A stretch of DNA of 64,000 nt from contig OZ245002.1 in NCBI GenBank assembly GCA_965223415.1, positions 5,056,001 through 5,120,000 on the forward strand, given 5' to 3'. Under the pieces are notes generated by a model. That model did not search any database, was not told the origin of the DNA, and was given only the letters and a program-made list of their open reading frames with translations. Positions 25,046-35,634 of the stretch are shown one piece after another. Origin of the DNA: Myxococcota bacterium (GTDB lineage: Bacteria > Myxococcota_A > UBA9160 > UBA6930). A program made the position numbers and the translations under genes. Positions within the stretch are counted from its first letter, which is position 1; every line of letters begins with the position of its first letter.

Positions 25046-27123
25046 GCCGCCAGGAGTTCCGGGAGCCCACCCAGTCGCCCCGCCCGCGCTCGGCGGTGGT
25101 GATGGTGGCGGTGGCGACCCTGATCCTCGCGATCACCGAGCAGGTGTCGCCCGCGGCCCTCGCCGTCACGGCGGCGTGCATCGCCTTCACCGCCTGGCAG
25201 CGCGATCGGCGCTATGCGTGGCAGCGGAACCGGCTGCTGCTGAACGCCGGCTTGCTCGCCTGCCTCGGGGTCGCGGCCATGGTCCTCGTCGAGCGCCTCG
25301 CCGTCGTGGCCCTCGCCCACTTCGCCGTGCTCGCCCAGGGCCTCCAGCTCCTCGACGCCCGTGCCCGCCGCTCGGAGTTCCTGCTCGTCGCCCTCTCGGT
25401 CCTGCAGGTCGTCCTGGCGGCGAACCTCACCGACCACCTGGCGTTCCCGCCGCTGCTGATCGTCTTCACCGTCGCCACGGTGTGGACCCTCACGGTGCAC
25501 ACGCTCCGGGCCGAGGCCCTCGAGATGGGCGAGCCGGAGGCGGCGCGCCGGGCACTCTCGAGCGGGCTGCTCCGCACGACCCTGGGGGCGAGCCTCGCCT
25601 CGGTGCTGCTCGCCGTCTTCCTCTTTCCCATGTTGCCGCGGGTTCGATCGGGCTCGTTCATCTCCCACGGCATCGGCTCCCCCCTCGCGATGTCGGGCTT
25701 CTCCGAGAACGTCGAGCTGGGCGATCTCGGGCGCATCCGCCTGGACCCGGCCGTGGTGCTGCGGGTCGAGCCCCTCGAAGAGGCCCTCCCTGCCCCCGAG
25801 CATCGGTACTGGCGCGGCCTGGCCTTCGATCGCTTCGACGGGCGCCGTTGGGCGGTGACGCCCTCGGAACGCACCTCGGTGAAGGGAGACGCGGAGATCG
25901 GCATCGACTTCGGCCAGCGCCGCGTCGGCAGCAAGCTCCGCCAGCGCATCACGCGCGAGAAGCTCGAGACCGGTGTGATCTTCTCTCCCGGCCTCGCGAT
26001 GGTCGTGCGCGGCGACGTGGGGCGCCTGCAGCAGGACGCCGGCGGCTCGCTCTACGGCCTGCGGACGGCGGGTGACCGCGTCGACTACCAGGTGGCCGGG
26101 GACGTGCGCACACCAGCGCTTCCGGATCTGCAGCGCGACGTCGCCGCGGCGCCTCGCGACGGGGGCGAGCGCTACCTCCAGCTCCCGGAGCTCGATCCCG
26201 CCGTCGCGCGCCTGGCCGAAGAGGTCGTCGCCGGCCAGGCCACGGACGCGGGCCGGGCGGCAGCCTTGGAGCGGCACCTCCAGCAGGTCGGCCGCTACAC
26301 GAACGATCCGCCGGATCACGGGGCCGAAGACCGCTCGCCCGTGGAGTCGTTCCTCCTGGAACACACGGCCGGCCATTGCGAGTACTTCGCCAGCGGGATG
26401 GTAGTGCTCGCTCGCAGCGTCGGGCTGCCGGCGCGGCTGGTGAACGGCTTCGCCGGCGGCGCCGTCAACGAGATCGGCGACTTCCTCGAGGTGACCCAGT
26501 CCGACGCCCACACCTGGGTCGAGATCCACTACCAACGCGCCGGCTGGATCCGCTACGACCCGACGCCCGCCGATCTGCGCCTCGCCGGCGCCGCCGAGCT
26601 GCGCGGCGAGCGCTGGTGGGCGAGCCTGCGCAGCGCCGCGGACCTGTGGTGGTTCCGGATCGTCGATTTCGACCGCAGCAGCCAGGGCCGCGTGCTGCGC
26701 AAGGCCTGGCTGGCGTGGCACCGCTGGCGCGGCGAGCGGCGCGCGGCCGCGGCCCAGGAGACGAGCCCGACCCGCGACTCGGGGCGCCTACCGGTGCTTC
26801 CGGGCTGGGCCTGGATCGGCGGCGCGGCGGTGCTTCTCGGTGCCCTGGTCCTCGCGGACCGCCGGCGCCGCGCCCGTAGCGCCCAGTTGCCCGGCTTCTA
26901 CGCCCGGGCCCTGCGTCTCCTCGCGCGCCGCGGCCTCACCCGCGAGCCCAGCACGACGGCCCGCGAGTTCGCGGCCCGTGTCGCCCGGGAGGTTCCGCCC
27001 GCCGCCGCCGCCGCATTCGCGCGAATCACCGAAGCCTATCTTCGCGAGCGCTTCGCCTCGGACCCGCCCGGAGACTGCGCCCAGAGCCTGCGCCGTCTCC
27101 AGGAGGGTCTGCGCGGCGCCTAG
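25042..27123 (+). CDS. DUF3488/transglutaminase (TgpA-like) membrane protein
   Basis: TM N-terminus, YWRGLAFDRFDG, triad motifs GHCEYFAS / HTWVE / YDPTP. Confidence 0.9.
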   Translation: MSRQEFREPTQSPRPRSAVVMVAVATLILAITEQVSPAALAVTAACIAFTAWQRDRRYAWQRNRLLLNAGLLACLGVAAMVLVERLAVVALAHFAVLAQGLQLLDARARRSEFLLVALSVLQVVLAANLTDHLAFPPLLIVFTVATVWTLTVHTLRAEALEMGEPEAARRALSSGLLRTTLGASLASVLLAVFLFPMLPRVRSGSFISHGIGSPLAMSGFSENVELGDLGRIRLDPAVVLRVEPLEEALPAPEHRYWRGLAFDRFDGRRWAVTPSERTSVKGDAEIGIDFGQRRVGSKLRQRITREKLETGVIFSPGLAMVVRGDVGRLQQDAGGSLYGLRTAGDRVDYQVAGDVRTPALPDLQRDVAAAPRDGGERYLQLPELDPAVARLAEEVVAGQATDAGRAAALERHLQQVGRYTNDPPDHGAEDRSPVESFLLEHTAGHCEYFASGMVVLARSVGLPARLVNGFAGGAVNEIGDFLEVTQSDAHTWVEIHYQRAGWIRYDPTPADLRLAGAAELRGERWWASLRSAADLWWFRIVDFDRSSQGRVLRKAWLAWHRWRGERRAAAAQETSPTRDSGRLPVLPGWAWIGGAAVLLGALVLADRRRRARSAQLPGFYARALRLLARRGLTREPSTTAREFAARVAREVPPAAAAAFARITEAYLRERFASDPPGDCAQSLRRLQEGLRGA

Positions 27124-28445
27124 TTCGCTACCTGCTCCGCCATCACCCGGGCCATCTTCCTGCCGAACAGGCGGGTTCCATCGGCGTTCCAGTGGCTGTC
27201 GGTCCGCGAGTTGATCGAGGCGAGGATGTCCTCCCCTTCCTCGAAATCGAGCGGATGGACGAGGGCATCGGGCTCGAGCCGCTGCCGGAGATACGCGTTC
27301 AGCGCGGCGTTGAACCGGTAGGTGAACAGCACGAACGGAACGCCCGCCTCGCGGGTCGTGCGCGCGATCTCGCGGAGCGCGGCGGTCTGCTCGCGGGCGA
27401 AGGCGTAGCGACGCTCCACCGCCGCGGCGGTGGCCGCCGGATCGGCGAGATCGAGGGGCTGGCCCTTGGCGGCGGGTGCAGGCGGGGCGACCCTGCCCCG
27501 GCGATCGCGCACCAGCTTCGCCGCCGTGGTCGCGATGAAGGAGCGCTTGATGCCGTAGTTGACGAGGCCGAGGAACGCGCCGCTCGGCCCCGAGCGCGGC
27601 TGCTGGAGGGCCTCTCGTTCGACGGCGGTCGCCTCCAGGGTGGTGAGCAGGCCCGCATCCACCCCGTCGAGGCCGCGCAGGTAGCCCACTTGGTCCACGT
27701 AGGCGGGCCGGTCGGTGAAGTCGTTGTCCACCGCGACGGCGAGCACCAGATGGGGTCGATAGGCGAGCCCCTGGCTACGGAGGACGATCAGCTCGTCGAT
27801 GCTGTTGAACGAGCAGTTGCCGGTGTTGATCACCTCGATCCGGTCGTAGCGGGAGGCCACGGCCTCGTCGGCGCCGAGGGCCCGCTCGATCTCGGCCGTG
27901 ACGGTGCTCGCCTGATCCACGCCCCAGCTGAACACGACCGAATCGCCCAGCGCCAGGACGCGGAGCGCTCCCTCGGCGGGCTCGCGCGGGTGATCGACGG
28001 CGCGCCACCCTTCGGCGTTGGTCTCGATCAGGCCCCAGGGAAAGCGGAGCTCCGCGTCCGGCGGGTGCGCGTGGGACAGGGGCGTGCCCTGCCAGCGCTG
28101 CCACTGGAAGTAGCGCTCGGACTCGGCGTAGTAGTGATAGCCGCGGGGGTTGAACGCGTTCGCGTAGGTCTCCACGCAGGCGACCGGGAGCAGGCCCCCC
28201 ACCACGAGGAGGGCGAGCGCCGACGCCGGGAGCAGCCGGTAGAGGCGCCGGCGAAGCAGCAGGAACAGCAGGGTGCCCGCGAGCAGGGCCCCGAGCACGA
28301 GGTTCAAGACGCCGTAGGAGGCGCCCACACGGCCGGAGCCGCGCAGGAAGCCGAAGGCGAGCAGCACCAGGAGGAGCAGCAGGGCCAGGCTGGCCGCCGC
28401 TGCGAGCACCCGATCGCAGAAGGCCTCGGCCTGCGGGCTCGGCAC
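27120..28445 (-). CDS. SGNH/GDSL hydrolase family membrane protein
   Basis: LALGDS, INTGN, DND, DSHWNADG blocks; N-terminal TMs. Confidence 0.8.
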   Translation of the reverse strand: MPSPQAEAFCDRVLAAAASLALLLLLVLLAFGFLRGSGRVGASYGVLNLVLGALLAGTLLFLLLRRRLYRLLPASALALLVVGGLLPVACVETYANAFNPRGYHYYAESERYFQWQRWQGTPLSHAHPPDAELRFPWGLIETNAEGWRAVDHPREPAEGALRVLALGDSVVFSWGVDQASTVTAEIERALGADEAVASRYDRIEVINTGNCSFNSIDELIVLRSQGLAYRPHLVLAVAVDNDFTDRPAYVDQVGYLRGLDGVDAGLLTTLEATAVEREALQQPRSGPSGAFLGLVNYGIKRSFIATTAAKLVRDRRGRVAPPAPAAKGQPLDLADPAATAAAVERRYAFAREQTAALREIARTTREAGVPFVLFTYRFNAALNAYLRQRLEPDALVHPLDFEEGEDILASINSRTDSHWNADGTRLFGRKMARVMAEQVAN

Positions 28446-28446
28446 G

Positions 28447-29727
28447 TCAGAGCCCCGGCGCGTGGAAGTCGGGCTTCTCGTCCCGGTGCCCGAGCACCCA
28501 CTCGTACACGTCGGCGATGTGCCGCGCCTTCGCTTCCCAGGAGTGGCGCGCCTTCACGTAGGCCTGGGCCGCGTGGCCCAGGCGGGCGCGGCGTTCGGGG
28601 TCCGCGGCCAGCTCTTCCAGGGCGCCGCGAAAGGCTTCGGTCACCTCGGGCTTGGTGGTGAGCGGCACCTTCACGCCCCGATCGGCGTCCACGTAGCGGC
28701 CCGGCCCGCCGTAGTCGACGACCACGCAGGCCATGGCCTGGCCCATGGCCTCGATCACCACGCCGGCGCCGAGCTCGCGGATCGACGGGAAGGCGAAGAC
28801 GTCCGCCTCGGCCATGTGCTTGGCGGTCTCGTCGTGGGGAAGCCAGCCGGTGAACTCCACGCAGTCCCGCAGGCCCTGGGCGTCCACGCTCGCCTCGAGC
28901 CGCTCCCGATCGGGCCCGTCGCCGACCATCACCAGCCGGTGCTTCCGGAGCGCCGGACTGGCGGCGAAGGCGTCGACCACCACGTCGGGGCACTTGTAGG
29001 GGACGAGCCGGCCCACGAAGAGGACCGTCATGCGCTCGCCGGGCGGGCGCTCCGGCGGCGTGGGGCTCGCCGCATCGTCGTAGCCCACGTCCGGGCAGTC
29101 GAAGGTGCGCGGCCGCGCGCTGGCCGGCAGGTCGGCGATGGTGTGGTCGAAGCCGGCCAGGATCGCCGCCGCGTCCCGGTAGGTCGAGCGGTAGTAGGGC
29201 ATGAGCGTATGGGCGCCGCGCAGGCTGCGCATCCACTCGCGTTCGCGCCGCAGCTCCCCGAAGAAGGCGCGGGGCCACTTGAGGCCGCCGTTCACCGGGC
29301 CGAGCACGAACGGGGCCGGGCTCCAGCTCGCCAGCGGGCTCGGCAGGGTCGGCGAGAGCGGCGTCACCCGGTGCACGACGTCGAAGGCGCCGCGCCGGAT
29401 CTCGTCGCCGAAGCGCTTCCAGACCCCGCGCTCGAAGGCGAGGTAGCTGGCGTAGTTGAGGGCGACGTTCAGGGTGAGGGCCTTGTTCGGCCCACCGCGA
29501 AGCCAGCGCGACAGCTTGAACAGGGGGCGCGCAATGTACTCGGTGTCGATGAACGCCACCTTCTCGACGCCCATCGTCTCCGCGTCGACCGCCCCGTGGT
29601 TGCGCACCTGGGTGGCCACGACGGCCTGCTCCACCTGCCGCGCGACCGCCTTGCAGATCTGGTAGCCGAAGTACGGCGTCGAGGCCATCGACGGATTGCA
29701 GCTGTCGGCCACGAGCAGGATGCGCAT
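28447..29727 (-). CDS. Glycosyltransferase family 4
   Basis: LFVGRLVPYK, VGDGP, FPSIRELGAGVVIEAM. Confidence 0.9.
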   Translation of the reverse strand: MRILLVADSCNPSMASTPYFGYQICKAVARQVEQAVVATQVRNHGAVDAETMGVEKVAFIDTEYIARPLFKLSRWLRGGPNKALTLNVALNYASYLAFERGVWKRFGDEIRRGAFDVVHRVTPLSPTLPSPLASWSPAPFVLGPVNGGLKWPRAFFGELRREREWMRSLRGAHTLMPYYRSTYRDAAAILAGFDHTIADLPASARPRTFDCPDVGYDDAASPTPPERPPGERMTVLFVGRLVPYKCPDVVVDAFAASPALRKHRLVMVGDGPDRERLEASVDAQGLRDCVEFTGWLPHDETAKHMAEADVFAFPSIRELGAGVVIEAMGQAMACVVVDYGGPGRYVDADRGVKVPLTTKPEVTEAFRGALEELAADPERRARLGHAAQAYVKARHSWEAKARHIADVYEWVLGHRDEKPDFHAPGL

Positions 29728-29786
29728 TCGCCCTTCTACCTCGGCCGAACATAGGCTCGAGTTGACGGGGGTGGTAGCCTGGCGCG

Positions 29787-30296
29787 GTGAAGCGGTTCGT
29801 CTTCCTGGACCGGGACGGCACGCTGGTCCGCGATCCCGGTTACGTCCATCGGCTCGAGGACTACGAGCTTCTGCCGGGCGTGGTGGAGGGCCTTCGCCGC
29901 CTGCGCGCCGCGGGCTTCGAGCTCGCCATCGTCACCAACCAGAGCGGCATCGGCCGCGGGCTGTTCGACGAGGCCGACTTCCAGCGCTTCCAGGAACACC
30001 TCCTCGCCGATCTCGCCCAGCAGGGCGTCCCGATCGCCGGCACCTTCCACTGTCCCCACCGGCCGGAGGAGCACTGCCCCTGCCGGAAGCCCCTGCCCGG
30101 TCTGCTGGAACGGGCCCGCGACGAGCTCGGGGCCGACCTCGAGACCTCGTGGATGATCGGCGACTCGGAGCGGGACGTGGATGCGGCGGCGGCGGCGGGG
30201 CTGCAGGGAGCCGTCCAGATCGAGGAGCCGGGAGCGGATTTCCGCGACGCGGTCGACCTGCTGCTCGAGGGCGCGGCCGCCCGCGAGCCCGCTTGA
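29787..30296 (+). CDS. gmhB: D-glycero-manno-heptose 1,7-bisphosphate phosphatase (HAD-IIIA)
   Basis: FLDRDGTL, VTNQSGIGRG, CPH...CPCRKP, MIGDS. Confidence 0.88.
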   Translation: MKRFVFLDRDGTLVRDPGYVHRLEDYELLPGVVEGLRRLRAAGFELAIVTNQSGIGRGLFDEADFQRFQEHLLADLAQQGVPIAGTFHCPHRPEEHCPCRKPLPGLLERARDELGADLETSWMIGDSERDVDAAAAAGLQGAVQIEEPGADFRDAVDLLLEGAAAREPA

Positions 30297-30297
30297 T

Positions 30298-31908
30298 CTA
30301 CCGGCAGAGCCCGCCGCCCAGGATCGCGTAGGGCTCGCAGTCGTAGATCAGGCGGCCCGCCTCGCCGTGCTGCCAGTCGAGGGCCGGCAGCGCGTAGCCC
30401 GGCGGCATGCCGGGAGCCGGCTCGTCCTGCAGGTCGGCCACGGGCACCGGGTAGCTCGCCCAGTCCTTCGGCGCCCGCCAGCCCGGCGGAGGCACCAGCT
30501 CGTGGCGCGTCCCGGAGACCGGGTAGAGCATGCGCCATTGGTGGATCGCCTCGCCGATCTCCTCCACCACCTCCGGGTGGAGGGCGGCCAGGTTGTTGTG
30601 CTCGTTCGGATCTTCCTCGATCCGGAAGAGGTGGGTCGTCACGCTGGCGCCGAGCAGGCCCTGGTCGATCTCCTGGACGAGCTTCCACTCGTCGTTGAAG
30701 CCGGTGATGTTGAAGTGGCCGCGGATCGGCGTCTCGGAGGCGAAGAAGAGCCAATCCCGCCGCGGCTCCTTGCGCCCCTCCCGGATCCCGGGCCAGAGGT
30801 TGCGCCCGTCCAGCTCGAAGGGCGACTGGATCTTCACGTCCGCCGCCGCGGACAGGGTGGGGAACACGTCCATGGCGGACATGATGCTCGTGTTCTTCGT
30901 GCCCGCCGGCAGCGCGGCCGGCCAACGCAGGACCGAGACGACGCGAATGCCGCCCTCGAAGGTGTCGCCCTTGCCGCCGCGCAGCGGCACGTTGTCGGCG
31001 CCGCCGGTGGCGTAGGCAGCGCCGCCGTTGTCGCTGAAGAAGAGGACGATGGTGTTCTCCGCCACGCCCTCGTCGTCGAGGGCGTCGAGCACCATGCCGA
31101 TGGCCTGGTCCATGCCGTCGACCACCGCCGCGTACATCGGCCGGGCGCTCGGCCGGAGCATCAGCTTGCGCAGGCGGCGCGAATCGTCGGTCTGGGCGCT
31201 GCGGGCCGGCTCCCGGTCGTCCTCCATGTCCTCGTACTTGGCCTTCAGGTCCTCCGGCGCGTCGAGCGGAGTGTGGGGCGCGATGAAGGGCATGTAGAGG
31301 AAGAAGGGCTTCGCTTCGTCGCGCTCGCGGATCCAGCGCGCGCCTTCGCGGCCGAGCAGGAACGATTCGTAGCCCTCGTCGTCCAGGCTCTCGCCGTTGC
31401 GCTGGAAGTCCTTGCCGCGCTGGCTCGCAAACGGCGGAAAGAAGCCGACCTCCGTGTGGAGGTGGCCGTAGAAGTGCTCGAAGCCGCGCTGGTTGGGATG
31501 ATAGGTCTCCTGGGCGTGGCCCAGGTGCCACTTGCCGACCATCGCGGTCTGGTACCCCGCGTCCCGGAAGCTCTCGGGCATGAAGCGCTCGTCCGGATGG
31601 ATGCCGTTGGTCATCCAGGGCATGATCACGCCGTAGGCCACCCCCAGGCGCATGGGATCGCGACCGGTCATGAGTGCAGCGCGGGTCGGGGAGCAGATCG
31701 GCGTGGAGTAGAAGCGGTCGAGCTGCACGCCCTCCCGGGCCAGCCGGTCGAGGGAGGGCGTCTCGATCACCTCCTCCCCGTGGAAGCCCACGTCGGCCCA
31801 GCCCAGGTCGTCGGCCAGGAAGATGACGACGTTCGGCCGCTCAGCGTGGGCCGCGGGGGAGACGAGCGAGCCGAGGGCGGCGACGATGAGAACGAGCGAT
31901 CGCTGCAT
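30298..31908 (-). CDS. Arylsulfatase (Cys-type, exported)
   Basis: Signal peptide; ADDLG, CSPTR, GKWHLG, SDNGG. Confidence 0.92.
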   Translation of the reverse strand: MQRSLVLIVAALGSLVSPAAHAERPNVVIFLADDLGWADVGFHGEEVIETPSLDRLAREGVQLDRFYSTPICSPTRAALMTGRDPMRLGVAYGVIMPWMTNGIHPDERFMPESFRDAGYQTAMVGKWHLGHAQETYHPNQRGFEHFYGHLHTEVGFFPPFASQRGKDFQRNGESLDDEGYESFLLGREGARWIRERDEAKPFFLYMPFIAPHTPLDAPEDLKAKYEDMEDDREPARSAQTDDSRRLRKLMLRPSARPMYAAVVDGMDQAIGMVLDALDDEGVAENTIVLFFSDNGGAAYATGGADNVPLRGGKGDTFEGGIRVVSVLRWPAALPAGTKNTSIMSAMDVFPTLSAAADVKIQSPFELDGRNLWPGIREGRKEPRRDWLFFASETPIRGHFNITGFNDEWKLVQEIDQGLLGASVTTHLFRIEEDPNEHNNLAALHPEVVEEIGEAIHQWRMLYPVSGTRHELVPPPGWRAPKDWASYPVPVADLQDEPAPGMPPGYALPALDWQHGEAGRLIYDCEPYAILGGGLCR

Positions 31909-31928
31909 GGGATCTCCTCACGGCCAGT

Positions 31929-32705
31929 CTACGCCACCCCCACGAGCGGGTGCGTCTGGGGAATGACCCGCACGTCGCGCAGGCGTCGCCCGGCCGCCCG
32001 CGCCAGGCCCTGCATGCGCTCGCCGCTCGGCCGCTCGGTCACCGGGCCGTGGGGCGTCACCGGCTGGAGGACGACGCAGGCACCGGGATGGACCTCGGCC
32101 ACGGTCGCCAGCGCCTCCTCGACCTCCGCGTCCCCACTGGCGGGGGTGATCACCAGCTTCACCACCACCGCCGGCGCGGCGCGCGCCACCTCGAGGAAGC
32201 GGCGATGCTCCGGGTGGAAGGGCGCCGGCTCGCCGCGCTTGGGGTCGCTCTCCCGCCGCACGTCGCTGGCGAGCTTCCAGTCCATCGACACAAGGTCGAC
32301 GCGCCCGATCACGCGGGCGAGAGCGTCGGCGTGGAGGCCGTGGGTCTCGAGGAAGAGCCCCGGCCCGCGCCCCGCCAGGCGCTCAGCGGCCGCGGCCAGC
32401 GCCTCGGGCTGGAGCAGGGGCTCGCCGCCGGTGAAGCTCACCCAGCGGTGGGCCGCCAGGTCGAGAGCCTCCGCCGCGGCCAGCAGCCGCTCCGGTGCGA
32501 CCGGGTTCGGCTCCTCGTACCACTGGCCGCTGCCCGGTGCCGTCTCGAAACGCGCGCGGTGGGCCGCCAGCCAGGTCCCGGGCGAATCGCACCAGCGGCA
32601 GCGCAGGTCACAGCGCCCGAAGCGCACGAAGAGCGTCCGGGTGCCGACCTCCGGTCCCTCGCCCTGGACCGAGGAGAAGACCTCGACCAGGTTCGCCGAC
32701 GTCAC
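31929..32705 (-). CDS. queE: 7-carboxy-7-deazaguanine synthase (radical SAM)
   Basis: EVFSSVQGEG, CDLRCRWCD, FTGGEPLLQ, LQPVT, IPQTH. Confidence 0.9.
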   Translation of the reverse strand: MTSANLVEVFSSVQGEGPEVGTRTLFVRFGRCDLRCRWCDSPGTWLAAHRARFETAPGSGQWYEEPNPVAPERLLAAAEALDLAAHRWVSFTGGEPLLQPEALAAAAERLAGRGPGLFLETHGLHADALARVIGRVDLVSMDWKLASDVRRESDPKRGEPAPFHPEHRRFLEVARAAPAVVVKLVITPASGDAEVEEALATVAEVHPGACVVLQPVTPHGPVTERPSGERMQGLARAAGRRLRDVRVIPQTHPLVGVA

Positions 32706-32713
32706 CGGGCCGC

Positions 32714-35584
32714 TCAGCCCTCGAGCACCGAGCGGCCCATGCCGATCTCCGCGACCAGATCGTCCAGGCGCTCGGGCTTCGCTGCCAGGTCCTTCACCCG
32801 GAAGCGCGCCACGTGATCCGCGTCGGACCCGGCCTCGACCCAGGCGAACTTCTCCACCAGGTGTTCGAGCATCGAAGCCAGGTCGACCGCCCTCTTGCCC
32901 GTGACGTCGTCGGCGCCCAGCACGAGCAGGTCCTCGCCCTCGGTCAGCGCCAGGGACAGCCCCGCGCCGTAGCGCTCGCGGGCCATGCGCATGGTCAAGT
33001 GTAGGTCCAGATGGGCAGGAACCGAGGCCACCACCATGCCGAGGCCTGCGAAGTGCACGAGCCGGAAGTCCCGCTCCTGCACGTAGGCGAGCTCCGGGGG
33101 CAGCGGCGGCTCCTCGGCGCGGGATGCCTCCTTCGCCAGGTCCGAGGGGCGGCCCGCCAGCAGCATCTCCAGGTTGGAGCGGCGATCTCCCGGGTTGGCC
33201 ACGATCTCTCCGAGCCTCCACCACCACACCCGCCCCCAGCGCTGGAAGTCGTGGTGGCTGAAGCGCCCCGTCACCAGGTCGACGAGCTTCTCGGAGAAGC
33301 GGCTGCGACGGGTGCACTCCGGGATCACCAGGGGAAGCGAGCTGCCGGCGCCCGGCGCGACCCGCGTGTAGCCGGCGCCGATCGCATCGCGCATGGCACC
33401 CAGGTCTTCCGGCGGCCAGTCGTGGTGGTCGAACCAGACGATGCGCCCCCGGTAGAGGGAGGCCGCCTGGATCGCGTCCCGTGCCGGCTTGGCCGCGAAG
33501 CCCACCACGTAGATCGGCGTCTTGTCGCGGAGGTCCGTCGCCACGCCCCGGAAGAAGGTCATGAGCTCTTCCTGGGGGTAGACCCAGATCCCCTCGATCT
33601 GGCGCAGGTCCCGGGCGAGCAGCACCGCCGCCGCGATGGACTGGCGATCCGCGTGGGCCAGGATCGCGGCCCGCCCCCGCGGCAGCCCCGCGGTCTCCTC
33701 CGGCGAATCGACGGCCCGCTCTCCCGACGGTGTCGGCGGCGCCAGGGCCGCGTGCCGGGCGCGGCGACGCTTCTCGCGCTCGAGCCGGACCCGTTCGAGC
33801 TCCGTCATGGGCTCGTCGTCGTCGTCGTCGTAGCTCACCTCGTCCCGGGTCTCGTCGGGATCCGGCGCGTCCGGGGAGAGACCGAGCTCCTCGTCGTCGA
33901 CGACGTCCTCGTCGTCGACTGCGGCTCCCGAGGCGGCTGGTGCGCTGTCGAGATCGGCCGGCGACGACTCTCCGGCCTCGCCTTCGGCGCGGCTGCCTTC
34001 CTCCGCCGGCCGGCGGCCGCCGCGTCCGCGACGGCCCCGTCCTCGGCGGCGGCGCCGGGCTCCGCCGTTGCGGTCGTCGCTTCCATCCTCGTCGAGATCG
34101 AAGAGCGAGAGCTCGTCGAAGCCCACCTCGGCCGGCTCCTCCGGCTCGTCGCCTTGGGGCGACGCGCCGTCGCTACCGGCGGGCCCTCGCGAGCCGCCGT
34201 CGGCCGCGCCTCGCGCGCCGCCATCGGCCGGGTCGCCCCCGTTGCCCGCCCCCGCAGCTCGCTCACCACCGCCGCGACGCCGTCGGCCGCCGCGCCGGCG
34301 ACGCCGGGCGCCGCCCTCGCGAGCCTCGCTGCCTTCGCCGTCCTCGCTCTCCGGCTGCGGCTCTCCGCGGCCTTCCCCGCCCTCCCGAGCCGGCGCATTG
34401 CGGGCCGCGGGAAGGGGTGCCGGCGCAGTCACCGCCGCGTCGAGCTCTGCCTTCACCCGAAGTCCGCCGTCACTGCCCGCACCCTCGTAGCAGGTGACCG
34501 GCAGCCCGAGGTGGCCGAGCACCGCCTGGGTCGCCCCGTCGTACTCCGCTGCCGCCAGGGCCAGACGCGGCCGTTCGAAGCGGAGCGGCGCACCGGCCTC
34601 GGCGAGGGCCACCGGGAGCCACGGCTCGGCGGCGAGGGTAGCGTCGAGCACCTCGCCCAGCGCCTCGAGGCCGAGGCGCTGTCGGGCCGCGCCCACCACC
34701 GGCGCGCCGTCGCCGGTCACGCCGATCACGTCGATCGCACCGGCGGCGGAGCCGAAGGGCCAGCGACGCGCGAAGCGCAGCCCCGCCTGGGCCTCCAGGG
34801 CCGGGAGCCAGCGCGCGCGCACGCCGTCCTCGCCGGACTGGACCCGGCGGTCGTTGAGGCGCTTGCGAATGGAGCCCTCCAGGCGATCCATGGCTTCGGA
34901 GACGCTGCCCTCGGTCAGGGGATGGACGCTCCGGCTCGGCTCGAGGAGCTCGAGCACGATGCGCGCGCCGTCCGCCCGCAGGCTGGCGACGGTGCGCGCC
35001 AGGATCACGAGCTCGACGCCGCCTCCCGCGGCGCGCATGGCGCCCGCGTGCTTCGCCGCGAGACCGCGGAAGGCCTCGAGGGCGCGCTGGCAGAGCGCCC
35101 TCCCCTCCGGCGTACTCACCTGGGCGACGACCGTGTCCGGCGCCGCCCAGACGGCGTCGCCGGCGCGCTCGGCCACGACCGGTTCGGGCTCGGCGCCGTC
35201 GCCGGGCACGAGCAGCGCCCGGGGCGTCGGCTCGAACGCCGCCAGCGCCCCGAGCCGGCGGCGACTGGCCGGATCCCACCTCGGCGCGAAGGCCGCGACG
35301 ACCGTTCCCTCGCCCTCCTCGCGGGCCGCGGCCACGATCCCCGCCAGCAGCGCGTCGCCGCCGGAGTGGGGGCTCACCGCCACCACCCAGCGCTCGTCCT
35401 CGCGCTGGGCGCGAGCGATCAGGGCGTAGTGGTCCGGCACGTCCTCGGGCTGGGCCGCCTCCAGCTCGGCACCGGCCAGCTGGGGCGTCTCGCGCACCCG
35501 CTCGAGCCAGCGTGCCTCAATCGGGGTCGATCGCCCCTCGTCTGCGCGGCGTCGCCGCCGCGGGAATCGTCGCCGCATCACCAT
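32714..35584 (-). CDS. Large hypothetical protein: nuclease-like region, Arg/acidic low-complexity linker, DHH-like C-terminal domain
   Basis: 956-aa ORF; RRRRRGGRRRR and DDEDVVDDEE tracts; C-terminal IVWFDHHDW. Confidence 0.7.
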   Translation of the reverse strand: MVMRRRFPRRRRRADEGRSTPIEARWLERVRETPQLAGAELEAAQPEDVPDHYALIARAQREDERWVVAVSPHSGGDALLAGIVAAAREEGEGTVVAAFAPRWDPASRRRLGALAAFEPTPRALLVPGDGAEPEPVVAERAGDAVWAAPDTVVAQVSTPEGRALCQRALEAFRGLAAKHAGAMRAAGGGVELVILARTVASLRADGARIVLELLEPSRSVHPLTEGSVSEAMDRLEGSIRKRLNDRRVQSGEDGVRARWLPALEAQAGLRFARRWPFGSAAGAIDVIGVTGDGAPVVGAARQRLGLEALGEVLDATLAAEPWLPVALAEAGAPLRFERPRLALAAAEYDGATQAVLGHLGLPVTCYEGAGSDGGLRVKAELDAAVTAPAPLPAARNAPAREGGEGRGEPQPESEDGEGSEAREGGARRRRRGGRRRRGGGERAAGAGNGGDPADGGARGAADGGSRGPAGSDGASPQGDEPEEPAEVGFDELSLFDLDEDGSDDRNGGARRRRRGRGRRGRGGRRPAEEGSRAEGEAGESSPADLDSAPAASGAAVDDEDVVDDEELGLSPDAPDPDETRDEVSYDDDDDEPMTELERVRLEREKRRRARHAALAPPTPSGERAVDSPEETAGLPRGRAAILAHADRQSIAAAVLLARDLRQIEGIWVYPQEELMTFFRGVATDLRDKTPIYVVGFAAKPARDAIQAASLYRGRIVWFDHHDWPPEDLGAMRDAIGAGYTRVAPGAGSSLPLVIPECTRRSRFSEKLVDLVTGRFSHHDFQRWGRVWWWRLGEIVANPGDRRSNLEMLLAGRPSDLAKEASRAEEPPLPPELAYVQERDFRLVHFAGLGMVVASVPAHLDLHLTMRMARERYGAGLSLALTEGEDLLVLGADDVTGKRAVDLASMLEHLVEKFAWVEAGSDADHVARFRVKDLAAKPERLDDLVAEIGMGRSVLEG

Positions 35585-35634
35585 GGGTCCGTCATCTCCA
35601 ACGTCGCGGCCTCAGCGAGGCCGGGCTGCCGCCT

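Noticed and set aside
23058..27123. MoxR-DUF58-transglutaminase as a novel system
   Set aside because: Widespread, already described gene triad.
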